Positions 8,249-16,855 of a stretch of 64,000 nucleotides of DNA are shown here, in pieces. Below the pieces are notes generated by a model. It ran no database searches. It worked only from the letters and a program-made list of their open reading frames with translations, and was not told the origin of the DNA. Source of the DNA: Bdellovibrio sp. CG22_combo_CG10-13_8_21_14_all_39_27 (lineage in GTDB: Bacteria; Bdellovibrionota; Bacteriovoracia; Bacteriovoracales; Bacteriovoracaceae); assembly GCA_002786715.1 (NCBI GenBank), contig PCTW01000038.1, forward strand, positions 206,304 through 270,303, in the 5' to 3' direction. Position numbers and translations under genes: made by a program. How positions within the stretch are numbered: the stretch's first letter is position 1; the number at the start of each line of letters is the position of its first letter.

Positions 8249-9436
8249 ATGATGAGAAAAAAAGCCCTCCTTGCTCTCTTATTTATCACGCCATTCGCCA
8301 TTTTTTATGGCCAAAAATTCTTATTATCTGAGAAGAATGTTCAATTGAATTACCAAACAGTCAAAGAAAAGGCCCTTTTAGTCTCAAATGAATGGTTAAA
8401 TCCTAGTTGGGGCAAAAGAGAACTTGAACAAAATTGTCCCTCATTATTTCAAAAGATGAGTCAGGTTGATGAGCGTTATTTGCGCTGCAATCCGGAATAC
8501 TTAAAATGTCGCTTTAAAGACACTGGCAAAGCTTGGAAAGTAGATTTTTTCTCAGAGAAATTTCCTCAGCTCGGCTATTCCCCTGTCTTTAAAAGTCTAT
8601 CGCATAACACCTCTTATCCTTCGAAGGGGTTGGAAATGGCTTTAGTAATCAATGATCAAAGGCAAATGATCTTTTTGGAGAATGAGTGCCGCAAAGTATA
8701 TCTGCCTCAAAGGCGATACCTTTATCTCCATTCAGATATCAAAGAAAAATGGTATTGGGATAATTTTAAACGGTTTATTTATATTGATCAGTACATGGTT
8801 CGCAATCAAGAAGTTAAAGAATGGCAGATCGTAACCGGTCAAGCGGTGCAATCAGAATTAAAAACTTATGCACCAGCCACTCATCTATCGCTCTCTGAAA
8901 TGAAAAACTATTGTTCCTTTGTTGGTGGGCATCTTTTACAGGCGCATATCTATGATGCCGCGGCTGTTTATCCCAAGCAGCCCAATGATCCGAAACCTGA
9001 CTCTATTACAGCAGGTCCATTTCCATGGACCACGAAGCGAATGAGTGAGGAACTTTTTCTTTTTCAAAAAAATCCTAAGCGCCCTTTTAAAATTGAAAAA
9101 ATTTGTGCCCATATGAATTCGCAAGAATGTTCGCAATTCCATCAAATTCTTTATGGCAACCAAGCTTTCAGCTCTTGGTCAGGTATGAGTGATATTATGA
9201 ATGGTGTTAGTGAAGTGCTAGACAATCCAATTGAGCCTGAAAAAAATGTGGTTTTTTTTGACCAGCAATTATCTTCTGCCTCTCCCTATTTTCAACTTGG
9301 AAAAAGAATACATTGGGATGAGCAAGAGAAAGAGGAAAGAAATTTTCCTGAACTTGAAAGTTTTCCTGAGTTTAAGTGGCCCCTTCCTCTAGGATTTCGC
9401 TGTATGTATTACTCTTGGGAGAAAGCCACTCCATGA
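8249..9436 (+). CDS. Secreted/membrane-anchored protein with a divergent FGE-sulfatase (SUMF1/DUF323)-like domain
   Basis: MMRKKALLALLFITPFAIF is a signal or anchor sequence. LSEMKNYCSFVGGHLLQAHIYDAAA resembles the FGE-domain A..YC.W.G.RLPTE.EW..AA motif, and the C-terminal LGFRCMY resembles the family's terminal GFRc motif. The start was trimmed from 8198. Confidence 0.4.
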   Translation: MMRKKALLALLFITPFAIFYGQKFLLSEKNVQLNYQTVKEKALLVSNEWLNPSWGKRELEQNCPSLFQKMSQVDERYLRCNPEYLKCRFKDTGKAWKVDFFSEKFPQLGYSPVFKSLSHNTSYPSKGLEMALVINDQRQMIFLENECRKVYLPQRRYLYLHSDIKEKWYWDNFKRFIYIDQYMVRNQEVKEWQIVTGQAVQSELKTYAPATHLSLSEMKNYCSFVGGHLLQAHIYDAAAVYPKQPNDPKPDSITAGPFPWTTKRMSEELFLFQKNPKRPFKIEKICAHMNSQECSQFHQILYGNQAFSSWSGMSDIMNGVSEVLDNPIEPEKNVVFFDQQLSSASPYFQLGKRIHWDEQEKEERNFPELESFPEFKWPLPLGFRCMYYSWEKATP

Positions 9437-10299
9437 AAAATTTATTTGCTTTAATGTTTTTACTTGTTTTAAGTTCATGTCTTGAAAAAAAGATCGACCT
9501 CAAAACTTCTATATCTCATTTACAAAATACAATTTTCACAAGCTCTTCAATCAAGACTCTCATTAAAGAAGACCTGATATGGCCTGAAGTTAAAACTCCA
9601 CTTAATGTGAAGATGGCCTTTTTCCAATTGGATCAAAAATGTTTGTGGGGACTATTAACAAAGGACGATCTTACGCTTGGACTATCGCTTATGAAGGATG
9701 AAGGCGAATGTCGAGATCATCTAGCGCATGATGCCCTCTGGTTAATCTCTCTCAAAAAAAACAGTGCTGTGCGATTGGTACGTGATCAAATGAAGTATAT
9801 TCAGATCAAAAGCAATTCGGAAAAGGCAATTGATTTTAAAATTGAACTTCCAAGCGTGGCGACAACTTCACCTTTGGCGTTTCAACGATTTGATGATGGA
9901 TTAAAGCTGAGAGGTATTCCTTCTGTTCTATTTACGACAGATGAGACGTTACAATCAGATCAATTTAAAACTTATGCTTCATCTACGGCTGAGTTCACGA
10001 CTACTCGTCTCAACGTTTGTCATCAAATGAACGAGTTTTGTGAAGTCATACATGAGTATGATTGTGAAAAATGTGATCAGGGTTGGATTGAAGTCTTTGA
10101 TCATGGCTGCCCTGGAGGTGGATCTAAGTATTGCGCGCGGGAACAATGCGGGAGAAAAAATCAACCGGCTTGTCTCCTGGGGATCGATTGGGTAAGTCCT
10201 GATATTGCTAAGAACTGTACGATTGAAGATCCACGAGTCTTTTGTTCACCTGGAACAACCATGTATTGTGATTCAGATGGTGTGGCGATTTGCTTGTAG
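9433..10299 (+). CDS. Lipoprotein with a C-terminal Cys-rich module (14 Cys in about 95 aa)
   Basis: Lipobox LVLSSC. The ATG at 9433 overlaps the upstream TGA (ATGA). The C-terminus begins CHQMNEFCEVIHEYDCEKCDQGW... Confidence 0.55.
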   Translation: MKNLFALMFLLVLSSCLEKKIDLKTSISHLQNTIFTSSSIKTLIKEDLIWPEVKTPLNVKMAFFQLDQKCLWGLLTKDDLTLGLSLMKDEGECRDHLAHDALWLISLKKNSAVRLVRDQMKYIQIKSNSEKAIDFKIELPSVATTSPLAFQRFDDGLKLRGIPSVLFTTDETLQSDQFKTYASSTAEFTTTRLNVCHQMNEFCEVIHEYDCEKCDQGWIEVFDHGCPGGGSKYCAREQCGRKNQPACLLGIDWVSPDIAKNCTIEDPRVFCSPGTTMYCDSDGVAICL

Positions 10300-11367
10300 T
10301 TAAGGTTGAATCGTTTTACCTAAGAATAGCGCTGGCTCGATGGCAAAGTGCTCATCTTTAATGATGTCGATTCGCTTTGCTTGAATTTCTGGATAATCAG
10401 TTTCGACATGACAGTCTCCAGTACCCTTAAAGAAGCGATGGCAAAGCTTAAGGTAGGGAAGGAGGATTTGATTCTTTTCATTATCATCTTTAGAGAAGAC
10501 GACAGGTAAAACGTATTTACCATGAGTAGGAATTTGAGCTATGGGTATCCCCATATACTGACCACGCCCTTCTCTCTCCATGCCATTGATGACGATGAGA
10601 TCGACTCCTTTTGGTGGAATAATCTTGAGGATTTTCTCTAGGGGATCATCCTTGGGGCAGGTCACGGTAAAAGGTGTAATAGTATGAGAAAAGTCGATAG
10701 CTTCTCTCGCCGCAGGAAAGTGGCAACGATGCTGAATATGCAGTGCTAGGATGATAAAATCGTAGTTTTGCTTGCGAGCACTTGGCCAATCTTCTAAAAA
10801 CATCTTGAGGGGGTCATCAAATAAAAAGCGATTATTCTTTTTATTAAACTCATCGCTGAGTGAAAAATAGGAAATATAGTTGATGACGCCAACACGAAAT
10901 TTTTTAGTGCGAATTTCTTGAATCATTCCAAGAGGCTGAGCTTTCTTAGCATCTTGAATATTACTTATAATAAATTTTTGAATCGGATTTTTTTCAAAGT
11001 CCCGAGTGAGTAAATGGTTGAGGTCGGCTTCATCTGGAAAAATAAAAGGGGCCATTTCCTTGGCATCATCCTGGCCACGCAATCCAGAGCGAATAATAAG
11101 AGTTTGGTCGCCCACTCTTTCTTGAAGAATGCGATTATAAATACTCAGGATTTGTTCACCGCCGGCAGGCATTGGTGGAAGTTTGGAATTAGTCGTTTGA
11201 TCTTGCTCAGGCGAAGGATTAAAAGGCGGATAGATCGCCACGAGAAGGCTATTCTTTGTGAGAATATGATCGAGTCCAGAAGATTCCGGAAAAGAATAGA
11301 TGTGTTTTCCTACTTCTTGTTTACAGCTAAAAGCCAAAAGGAAAACGAGAAGAAGCCCGACTTTCAT
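10300..11367 (-). CDS. Lipoprotein, weakly 5'-nucleotidase/metallophosphoesterase-like (degenerate)
   Basis: Lipobox LLAFSC. DFIILALHIQH and VDLIVING loosely recall calcineurin-like phosphoesterase blocks, but the catalytic residues are not evident. Confidence 0.4.
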   Translation of the reverse strand: MKVGLLLVFLLAFSCKQEVGKHIYSFPESSGLDHILTKNSLLVAIYPPFNPSPEQDQTTNSKLPPMPAGGEQILSIYNRILQERVGDQTLIIRSGLRGQDDAKEMAPFIFPDEADLNHLLTRDFEKNPIQKFIISNIQDAKKAQPLGMIQEIRTKKFRVGVINYISYFSLSDEFNKKNNRFLFDDPLKMFLEDWPSARKQNYDFIILALHIQHRCHFPAAREAIDFSHTITPFTVTCPKDDPLEKILKIIPPKGVDLIVINGMEREGRGQYMGIPIAQIPTHGKYVLPVVFSKDDNEKNQILLPYLKLCHRFFKGTGDCHVETDYPEIQAKRIDIIKDEHFAIEPALFLGKTIQP

Positions 11368-12524
11368 ACATGGATGTCTATTTTTAACAATTTGTTAAAT
11401 GCTGAAGTAAGTGATTTTAAAATGACTGAATATTCATCACCCTTAGAGCATAAGCCTAAGCTGATTCTAATTGCGCCGCGGCCCACATCATCTTTTACGC
11501 CCATGGCCTTAAGAACTTTACTTGTTGTCGGAGAGTTATCTGAACAGGCTGATGAAGTCGTTACAAAAATATCATCACTTTCAAGCTCCATTTGAACAGC
11601 TTGACCATGAACTCCTGGATAAGAAATAAAGCTCGTCGTTGCTAAACGATCGGCTTCGCCTCCTAAAATAATCAGTTTCGGAAATTTATCTTGAAGGGCT
11701 TTTTCAAATTGGAGTCTGTTTTCTTTTAATTCTTCGAGGCGCAATTTCTTCTTATCAAATTCAGTGAGCGCCACTGCAAGTGTTTCATAACCAAGATAAT
11801 GTTGAGTACCCCCACGCAGGTTTCTTTCCTGACCACCGCCGATAATCATTGGAATCATGCGTGAAGGTTCACGCACCATAAGAATTCCAGTACCAGTCAT
11901 CGCACCAATTTTATGACCAGAAAGAACAGCGTAATCAACACCTGACTCATCGAAATTGAAAAGGTCTTTTCCAATGAGTTGAGTGGTGTCACAGAGAAAA
12001 GGAATAGTATGTTTACGACAGAGTTGAGCGATTTCTTTATAAGGCTGAATTACGCCCGTTTCATTATTCGCGGCCATGATAGAAACGAGGAGAACTTGTT
12101 CGCCATCTTTTGCCAGCCATTGCTTAAGCAATTCAAAGTCCACTGTGCCATTGCTGAGACAAGGAAGTACTCTATGCTCAAGATTAAAATATTTTGCGTA
12201 ATGATTAGCGGAATTGACAACAGCAGAGTGCTCAATACCTGAAGTGATGAGAATTTTCTTCTCTTTAAAGTGAGTTAAAACTTCCGAATAGAATACGTGA
12301 GAGATTCCTTCAGTTGATCCTGAATTGAAATAAAGATGTTTGGGAAGTGTCCCTAAAGATTTAGCACACACGGCTCGTGCATTTTCCATTCCCATTAAAA
12401 CTTTTTGTCCCATAAAGTGTATGGCATTGGGATTGGCAAAAGGACCTTTCACAATTCTTTGGCTTAAGTATTCTTGAACGTCTTGGCAAAGAGGAGCAGA
12501 GCCATTGTAGTCTGCATAGATCAT
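11364..12524 (-). CDS. Cysteine desulfurase (class V aminotransferase, NifS/IscS-like)
   Basis: The PLP-Lys motif is SGHKIGAMTG and the active-site Cys loop is TSSACSDNSPTTSKVLKAMG. The gene lies 20 bp downstream of nadA, and its own 3' end overlaps the start of the next gene (10300-11367) by 4 nt. Confidence 0.85.
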   Translation of the reverse strand: MIYADYNGSAPLCQDVQEYLSQRIVKGPFANPNAIHFMGQKVLMGMENARAVCAKSLGTLPKHLYFNSGSTEGISHVFYSEVLTHFKEKKILITSGIEHSAVVNSANHYAKYFNLEHRVLPCLSNGTVDFELLKQWLAKDGEQVLLVSIMAANNETGVIQPYKEIAQLCRKHTIPFLCDTTQLIGKDLFNFDESGVDYAVLSGHKIGAMTGTGILMVREPSRMIPMIIGGGQERNLRGGTQHYLGYETLAVALTEFDKKKLRLEELKENRLQFEKALQDKFPKLIILGGEADRLATTSFISYPGVHGQAVQMELESDDIFVTTSSACSDNSPTTSKVLKAMGVKDDVGRGAIRISLGLCSKGDEYSVILKSLTSAFNKLLKIDIHV

Positions 12525-12544
12525 GTTTTACCCCATTAAGATTC

Positions 12545-13651
12545 TTAGTGGCTGAGATCAAGCATTCGCTGCAAAGCTTTGAGCGAAGATGACTTGATGT
12601 CTTCTGACACACTAATGATATTGATGGGCTTATCTTCCTTTATTGCTCTGAAACTGGCAAGTAACCAGCGCGGTCTAACGCGATACATAGTCGTGCATAA
12701 ACACTGGTAAGGAGAGAGAGAAAAGATTTTTTTATCAGGATAAAGATGAGCAAGGCGATTAACTAAATTAATTTCAGTACCGACAGCAATGCTTGAGCCA
12801 GCAGGCATCTTTTTAATTTGGTTGATGATATAAGAAGTCGATCCCGCATCATCAGCGCCTTGAACAACTTCAAAGTTGCATTCCGGGTGTACCAAAATAT
12901 GAGTCTGCGGAGAATTTTTGCGAAGAGCGTGAATGTGATCGAGGGTAAAACCTTGATGAACAGAACAGTAGCCGTACCACAAAATGACTTTGGCCTTCTG
13001 AACTTGCTCAGCAGTTAACCCACCATTAATTAATTTCGGATTGTAGATGACCATCTCATCAAGTTTGAGACCCATTTTATAACAAGTATTGCGACCTAAG
13101 TGTTGATCGGGAAAGAATAAAAGTTTTTGGCCAGTTTTAAAGGCCCATTCAATAATTTTTTGAGCATTAGATGAAGTACAAATGGCGCCGTCATGGTCAC
13201 CGACGAAAGCTTTCAGCGTAGCAGCACAATTAATGTACGTTATCGGGACAATTTTATCAGTTGTTGCAGAAGTTAAAAAACTCCAACACTCATCAATGTC
13301 AGATCTCTCCGCCATATCGGCCATGGAACAACCGGCGCGCAAATCGGGTAGAACAACTTTTTGGTGAGGCTTAGCAAGAATGTCAGCGGTTTCGGCCATA
13401 AAATGTACGCCACAAAACATAATATACGGCTTGTCGAGTTTAGCTGCTTCTTGTGCTAGCGCTAGAGAGTCACCTGTCACATCGGCAAAGCGAATAACAT
13501 CATCTTGCTGGTAGTGATGACCTAAGACCACCACCTGATCAGCAAGTTCTTTTTTGATTTTAGTTAATTCAACTAAAACTTCTTCGTCACTCAATTCGGC
13601 TTGAGGCACAGGTGGTGTATGAGTTGGTTCATTTCCAAAAAGATTAAGCAT
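12545..13651 (-). CDS. nadA: Quinolinate synthase
   Basis: Motifs FCGVHFMAETADIL, AGCSMADMA, ICTSSNA and VHPEC are present, and the length is typical. Confidence 0.9.
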   Translation of the reverse strand: MLNLFGNEPTHTPPVPQAELSDEEVLVELTKIKKELADQVVVLGHHYQQDDVIRFADVTGDSLALAQEAAKLDKPYIMFCGVHFMAETADILAKPHQKVVLPDLRAGCSMADMAERSDIDECWSFLTSATTDKIVPITYINCAATLKAFVGDHDGAICTSSNAQKIIEWAFKTGQKLLFFPDQHLGRNTCYKMGLKLDEMVIYNPKLINGGLTAEQVQKAKVILWYGYCSVHQGFTLDHIHALRKNSPQTHILVHPECNFEVVQGADDAGSTSYIINQIKKMPAGSSIAVGTEINLVNRLAHLYPDKKIFSLSPYQCLCTTMYRVRPRWLLASFRAIKEDKPINIISVSEDIKSSSLKALQRMLDLSH

Positions 13652-13659
13652 TGATAACC

Positions 13660-13986
13660 CTAGGTATGAGGAATTGAAACGGGAAACCCATTCTCAACCC
13701 AATCCAGAATTCCGCCTTCGAGGTTATACAGATCTTCAAAACCTTGATCTTGGAGATACATGGCCGCGCGCAAAGATCTTTTGCCACTTCGGCATTGAAG
13801 GACGACCTTGGCTTGCTTGTGTTTTAAAACTTTTGAATCTTCCTCAAAGCTACTAAGAGGAATGAGAGTGGCTCCATGAATATGGCCGTTATTCCATTCT
13901 TCAAGTTCACGGCAATCCACAAGGATAAGATCTTCTTTTTTATCCATTTGCTCTTTGAGTTCTGAAACAGTCATCGAATTGATCAT
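13660..13986 (-). CDS. Single-domain rhodanese sulfurtransferase
   Basis: The active-site loop is CRSGKRS. The protein is 108 aa and sits 8 bp upstream of nadA. Confidence 0.8.
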   Translation of the reverse strand: MINSMTVSELKEQMDKKEDLILVDCRELEEWNNGHIHGATLIPLSSFEEDSKVLKHKQAKVVLQCRSGKRSLRAAMYLQDQGFEDLYNLEGGILDWVENGFPVSIPHT

Positions 13987-14170
13987 AAATATTCTCCTTA
14001 AGCTAAGCTCTTTTTGACATTTTCATTATAAAGCGTCCAGTTTGAAAGTCTTTGATGTAGATTAAGTCTAAAGGGCATTTATTGTGCGCTGCGCTTCGGC
14101 CTGCATCTAAATTTTGACGAACCGTGTATCGTTCCATACAATTTTAAAGAGTTATATACGGAGGTGATTC

Positions 14171-14944
14171 ATGGAAGTTATCACAGTGGCCAACAACAAG
14201 GGTGGCGTAGGCAAGACGATGCAGTGTTATCAACTGATTTGTCATCTTGCAAACAAGGGCCATAAAGTTTTGGCGATCGATCTCGATTCCCAAGGAAATT
14301 TAAGTTCTACTTTTGATGTGCATATTCAGCGCACTCTGATTCCAGAGTGGCTAATCGGTGATGTGAACCTTGAAGATGTGGTCGTGCCTTCTGAAGGAAA
14401 AGAAGAATTCCATCAGAACATCACATTGATTCCAGCTTCTCGTCATCTCTCTAATCTTTCTAAACTTTTGATTTTATCAGAGGCAGAGATTAGAAAAAAT
14501 GCTGGAAGAAAAGAGCGCCTTTTGAAAATGAGACTGAAAGAAGCCGAAGGAATGTTTGATTACGTCGTAATCGATACTCCTCCCATGCTTGGTGATGAAT
14601 TGATCATGGCGCTTGTGACTTCAACTCGAGTGTTGATTCCTACTCAGGCTCAAGATTATTCAATCGATGGTCTTGAAGAATTGATGGATACTTTTGAAAT
14701 CATCAAGGAAACAGAAAACTCTAATATGCAATTTTCAATCATTCCTTCGATGGTTAATACCAGAAGAAAAATTGAGAGACAAAGACTCGAGGAACTTGAG
14801 CAATCATTTGCTTGCACTCCTCCAGTTCGCAATCTTGTTCAGATGCAAGAATCTATTTCCACTAAGAGACCAGTGTTCTTAATGGGAAGCAAAAGTTCTG
14901 GCAAAGAAGATTATGCGAATCTTTGGAAATCATTAGACCTGTAA
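14171..14944 (+). CDS. parA: ParA/Soj-type partition ATPase
   Basis: Deviant Walker A NNKGGVGKT, plus DLDSQGN and VVIDTPP. The RBS is GGAGGTG. Confidence 0.85.
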   Translation: MEVITVANNKGGVGKTMQCYQLICHLANKGHKVLAIDLDSQGNLSSTFDVHIQRTLIPEWLIGDVNLEDVVVPSEGKEEFHQNITLIPASRHLSNLSKLLILSEAEIRKNAGRKERLLKMRLKEAEGMFDYVVIDTPPMLGDELIMALVTSTRVLIPTQAQDYSIDGLEELMDTFEIIKETENSNMQFSIIPSMVNTRRKIERQRLEELEQSFACTPPVRNLVQMQESISTKRPVFLMGSKSSGKEDYANLWKSLDL

Positions 14945-14977
14945 TAAACATTTGTACTCAAGGACGAGGGTAATTGT

Positions 14978-15850
14978 ATGGCAAAAAATTTTGCTCCACG
15001 GACATCTAAAAAAGAAATCAAAAAAGTAGATCTCAGTGCAAAGATTGGTGGCAAAGATATTTTTAGAGCTGCCGATGAAAAGCTTCTTCAGGGCGCAAGA
15101 CTCGATGATGTAGAATTATCGAAGATTGTGGTTCGCGATCAAGTTCGTACTAAGTTTAATGATGACTCGATTAGAGAACTTGCGGCCAACATTAAAATGA
15201 ACGGTCTGATTCAGCCGCTCGTTATTCACCGTGAAGGAAATAAGTTTGTTCTGATCTGTGGTGAGCGTCGCTTCCGCGCTATGACTTCAGTACAAATGGA
15301 AAAATGCCCATGCTTTATCCTCGAAAATAAAACGCCACAAGAATTAATGGCGATTCAGTTCTCGGAAAACTCTGCCCGTGAAGAACTTCATTATATAGAT
15401 AAAGCTGATGGTATTTTGAATTATCATATTGCCACTAAGGCCTCTGAGAGAAAAATCGTCGATGCTTTGGGCATTTCTAAGTCAGAAGTTCATCGTGGAT
15501 TAATCATTGCTCGTCTGCCTGAGAAAGTGAAAGAAGCCGCTAAGAACTTTGATATCGAAAAGTACGTTTTACTTGAGCTTGATGCTCTTCCCAAATCAGC
15601 ACTTAAAGACAAAGTGATCGCTAAAATTGTTGAGGGTGGAATTTCAAAGCGCCTTCATTTGAAACGTTTTTTAAGTGCCGGTTCTGCAGTCATGCCTAAG
15701 AAGAAAACAGGCAAGAGTAAAACCGCCACAACTAAGGTTTCGGCCAATGCCCTGATGAAGCTTCTTCAGAGCAAATCGAGCGATCTCGATCCTAAGACTC
15801 AAAAAGCACTTAAGAACCTAATGGAAGAGGCTCGCGAAATCCTCGCTTAA
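14978..15850 (+). CDS. parB: ParB/Spo0J-type partition protein
   Basis: The ParB box is LIQPLVIHREG...ICGERRFRA, and the HTH-like stretch is ALGISKSEVHRGLIIARLP. Confidence 0.85.
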   Translation: MAKNFAPRTSKKEIKKVDLSAKIGGKDIFRAADEKLLQGARLDDVELSKIVVRDQVRTKFNDDSIRELAANIKMNGLIQPLVIHREGNKFVLICGERRFRAMTSVQMEKCPCFILENKTPQELMAIQFSENSAREELHYIDKADGILNYHIATKASERKIVDALGISKSEVHRGLIIARLPEKVKEAAKNFDIEKYVLLELDALPKSALKDKVIAKIVEGGISKRLHLKRFLSAGSAVMPKKKTGKSKTATTKVSANALMKLLQSKSSDLDPKTQKALKNLMEEAREILA

Positions 15851-15874
15851 GCCCTTGATATAGCATAGCTTCTT

Positions 15875-15890
15875 TGGCATCAGCCTTGCT
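15875..15890 (+). promoter_or_regulatory. Sigma-54 (-24/-12) promoter TGGCAT-N5-TTGCT
   Basis: tGGcatcagccttGCt has the correct GG..GC spacing (12 nt). It lies 27 nt upstream of the ATG at 15917, which has an AAAGGGG RBS. Confidence 0.6.
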
Positions 15891-15916
15891 TATATATACC
15901 TATGAAAGGGGTATAT

Positions 15917-16774
15917 ATGAGAAATTTAAAGCATTTAGAAAAGAAAACAAACACTGAAAAAAAGACAGGCCGTCTAAATTTTAGACACTTTGTTTTGGGC
16001 CTTACGGCTTCAGCTTTTTGCCTCTCTTTAAGTGCTCAAGAGATGGTGCAAGAGCTTTCATTTAAACAATTAAATCCAGATTATAAGATTCGCGATCGCG
16101 CTCCATCTAATTTTATTCCTAATGATGAAGTTTGGGGTGCTCCAGTTGAAAATAAAGAATTTATTCAAAAAATCTTCGTTGAAACAGACGAAGGCACCTT
16201 AAGAAATGCCAATAATCAATTTATCGCTTGGGAAGAGACAGCTGAGTACGCACGTCTATGGAACTTAGAAACAACAGGTCTTTACGTAGTTCCTGATCAA
16301 AAGGGAAGAAAAGCCTTTTTTGATCGTCAACTTCTTCAATATGCCGACAAAAGATTATCTGGTGAAGTGAGAAATGCGGAAGAGGGAAGTACAATGCATG
16401 CAGTAGGACAAGCGCAAAAAGCACTTCGTCCCAATGCGGAGGCTCAAATTTTTCCATCGGTTAAATTGAAGTTTAAGGCCCGCGTGCTTCAAGGTAAGGC
16501 CTATATGATTGTCGATAATCCTTATGTAGACGCTCAGGCTCAAATCAATATGAAAGGTGAAGCTTCGATGAATGTTAAGCGCCAGTTTGCTTCGCTTGGA
16601 GTGGCGACTGAAGTGGATTACCAAGTAAGTAGTGAAAGTTGGGTAGCAAGAGTTGATAAAACGATCACAAATCGAATAACGGCCCGTGTTACTTCTGCTC
16701 AAAGTCAAAAAGCCATGGCGTTTTCAAATGAGTCAAATCGCACGGTTGAATTAGTCTTTGGAATGCCTTTCTAA
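15917..16774 (+). CDS. Outer-membrane-type secreted protein
   Basis: The signal-like segment is LGLTASAFCLSLSAQE and the C-terminal residue is Phe (VFGMPF). The start was chosen at the second ATG because of its RBS and the promoter geometry. Confidence 0.5.
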   Translation: MRNLKHLEKKTNTEKKTGRLNFRHFVLGLTASAFCLSLSAQEMVQELSFKQLNPDYKIRDRAPSNFIPNDEVWGAPVENKEFIQKIFVETDEGTLRNANNQFIAWEETAEYARLWNLETTGLYVVPDQKGRKAFFDRQLLQYADKRLSGEVRNAEEGSTMHAVGQAQKALRPNAEAQIFPSVKLKFKARVLQGKAYMIVDNPYVDAQAQINMKGEASMNVKRQFASLGVATEVDYQVSSESWVARVDKTITNRITARVTSAQSQKAMAFSNESNRTVELVFGMPF

Positions 16775-16855
16775 ACACTGTTAATCTCGATTAATTTCCG
16801 TTAAATTAACCCCAAATTTTTTAAATGAGTACATTCACTTGGGAAGGAGTTTGGG

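Noticed and set aside
11014-11595. 193-aa plus-strand ORF spanning the junction of two minus-strand genes.
   Set aside because: It is antisense to a well-supported cysteine desulfurase and a lipoprotein gene, and it has no motifs or RBS.
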